A program made the position numbers and the translations under genes. The notes beneath the pieces are model-generated. The model was not told where the DNA came from. It saw nothing but the letters and a program-made list of their open reading frames with translations, and ran no database searches. Of a stretch of DNA of 64,000 nt, positions 61,834-64,000 are shown piece by piece; position 1 is the stretch's first letter; every line of letters begins with the position of its first letter. The stretch covers positions 434,001 through 498,000 of the forward strand of contig RSEE01000038.1 of NCBI GenBank assembly GCA_003971905.1, in the 5' to 3' direction. This stretch comes from Moniliella sp. 'wahieum'. Lineage: Eukaryota.

Positions 61834-62416
61834 GTCCTGGCTCCCCACACGGCTGTCCTCGTGGGGCAGTGGGGCAGCTCGGCTCTAGAGACACGCACTT
61901 CCTGCCCTCTGGTGCCAACGCCGCGTGTCGGCTTGTGGTGCGTCTGAATTGTAAACATCCGAATGGGATCGGGATCGGGGGCGCCCAACGCGCTCAGGGC
62001 ACAGTGCCACGCTACGGAGCGAGAGGGGAGAGAGGGATGCTGCTGGGGTCGGCCAGATGACCAGCGGGGCCAAGGAACAGGGGCCATCTGTAGCTACCTT
62101 CGACAACGCATGGGGCGGGAATGGGTGCCATCCGGGCGGGCCGCCCGTGATGGTGCACGAGAAAGATAGGTATAGATAGGTAGGCACCGCCCGCCCGCCT
62201 AGGCGGAACCAACTCGGAGTGGGGGCGGGTGAGCGGTGAGCGGGAGTGGGATGGGTGATGGCCGTGCGGCGTGGACGCAGGGGGTGAGTGTCCACCATGC
62301 ACCCTTGGCCCGACGGGGGCGGGCGAGGGCGCGGCGGCGGGGCCAGGCCGAGTAGGCCGAGGGGCCAAGCCGAGGGGCCCGTGACCGCAGCTGGTGACCG
62401 CCGCCACCACCTCGGC

Positions 62417-64000
62417 ATGGCAACCCAGCAGGTCGATCTGGCTGCTCTGGGCGACGCCCTGAGTGAGGCCCACATCGGGTCTCCTGTCAACACGTTTGCT
62501 GCCCAGCAGGCCCTGGCTCCCGACCCTCAGCTCGAATTCGACGCGCCCGCTCCGGCCCAGCAGGCCCCCGAGACTCCGACCGAGCCCATTCAGGAGACTA
62601 CGGAGACCCAGGAGACAAAGGAGACCACGGGAACCAAGGAGGCCAAGGAGACAACAGAGACAACGGAGACAACGGAGACGAAGGAGGCCCACGAAGCCAA
62701 CGAACCGCCGCAACAAGAGGCGCCTTCACCAGGTCCGCCTCTCCTAAGGATGCATCTCGCTCTTCCCCCGTCCAGTCATCCCACGCAGTGGAGCTGCATG
62801 CCGAGCCGCCGCCCCATCTCGCCACCATGCCCGCGGAGGAAGCGCCGCCTCTTCCCAAGAACCACCCCAGGGCTGCCGCTCCCTCTGCGGATGCAGGAGA
62901 AGCACCGCCGCTGCCTAAGAACCATCCGGGTGACCACGATCCGCTGCGCAGTCTGTGCGCCATGTTTCCCGACCTGCCAAGAGAGACGGTGAAGGATGTC
63001 TTGACGGCGGTCGGAGACCCGGAACGGGCGGTACAGGTCCTGCTCTCCTTCAACTCGGACACGCCGAGCCTGCCGCCTCGGCATCCCAGTATTCCACCCC
63101 CTACCCTGTGGGCGGCCCCAAGGGGGTGCACGATACCCTGCCCTCGGCGGCGCCTGATTCCCAACGGCTCTACGACCCAACCCGATTGGCCTATCAGCCG
63201 CGCGTGCGCAAGCCGAGTACAAAGGGACCGCCTCCGCCGCGCCATCGCGAAAGCCGTACCAGGCGTACCAGTCCCGTTCCCACCCTCCACCTCGGCTCCG
63301 CGCGCAGCAACCCCAGCACCAAGCACAGTCACCTGCCTACCAAGCGCCGTACCAAGTGCGCCAAGAAGAAGCCCCGGTGTGGGCTGGGGAGCTGGATCGA
63401 TTTGCCGGCAATGCCAGTCGCGCTGCAGAAGGTACGTTGGCCATCCTCCTCTTTGGTGCTCAGACTAACCATTGGAACACTTGTCCAGCTGGTATGGCCC
63501 GTGCGGCATCGACCTTCTCCATGTTCAAGGCGCGTGCTCAGGCTCTGGTAGAGCAGGGCAAGGAGCAACAACCGGGCGGATGGCTCCCGCGTCAAGGGGG
63601 CGGCAATAAGTTTTCGTTTCGCCCTTCTGCTGCACAAGCGGATCCAGCGGCGCCCACGGCAGGCGGCCAAGCGCCCGAGTCGGAACCAATCAAGGAGCTG
63701 CGTTCGGGCCCACCGCATTGGCAGGTAAACGAAAGTTCCGATGCCGATGCGCACCCCGTGGGAGAAGGAGACTTGATCGCGCTTTCGAGAGCGTCCAGTG
63801 CCAGTTCCACCAAGAAGGAAAAAGAGAATCCGAGATCGGCTCTTGCCCGCCTCGCTGAGGCTGCACCCTCGTCCAAAATGCAGTCGTTTGTGAGTGGAGA
63901 AGCGGGGCCAAAGCACGCTCGCTCTTCCACCAAGGACGGGGAGACCCCTCCCGCCGTAGCGGACTCTGCCTCTGCCTCTGCCCCTACCGGTACATCTGCT
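62417..64000 (+). CDS. CUE ubiquitin-binding domain protein (Cue5-like), runs off the window end; intron about 63432-63488
   Basis: LRSLCAMFPDLPRETVKDVLTAVGDPERAVQVLLSF (MFP...LL CUE signature), an ETT/ETK repeat, and a GTACGT...CTAAC...CAG intron. Confidence 0.75.

Noticed and set aside
62593..62686. 9-bp GAGACNANG tandem repeat
   Set aside because: In-frame coding repeat (ETT/ETK/ETQ) inside the Cue5-like gene, an ordinary low-complexity linker.

Overview
Eukaryotic, GC-rich, gene-dense and intron-poor fungal DNA. Short GTACGT/GTGCGT/GTATGT...CT(A/G)AC...YAG introns and the gene set point to a basidiomycete, probably Ustilaginomycotina-like (inference). Almost every conserved gene is broken by 1-nt frameshifts, the signature of an unpolished long-read assembly, so the gene models below were stitched across frames by eye and some ends are approximate. 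Recognisable genes: eIF4B, an Aro8-like PLP aminotransferase, an Opy2-like protein, Ash2/Bre2, GCV1, Snt1 (two SANT domains), Bqt4-like, Ivy1-like I-BAR, DUF2828/vWA, intron-containing tRNA-Ser(CGA), DUF1399/GRDP, an MCT-type MFS transporter, a Bromo_TP TAF-like protein, PABP2 and Cue5-like. The most unusual part is a visibly less GC-rich block of about 9 kb (38.9-47.85 kb) bracketed by two related TACCGTG arrays. It holds an intronless DUF2828 (TROVE/Ro-like + vWA) gene convergent with the tRNA across a hairpin-rich spacer, and a damaged, ascomycete-looking DUF1399 gene. That gene is enclosed by three direct copies of a ~85-nt element with an invariant 30-nt core and synonymous-biased variation. 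A second window-wide pattern is intergenic microsatellites with a 7-bp period, each built from a different 6-bp palindrome plus one base.
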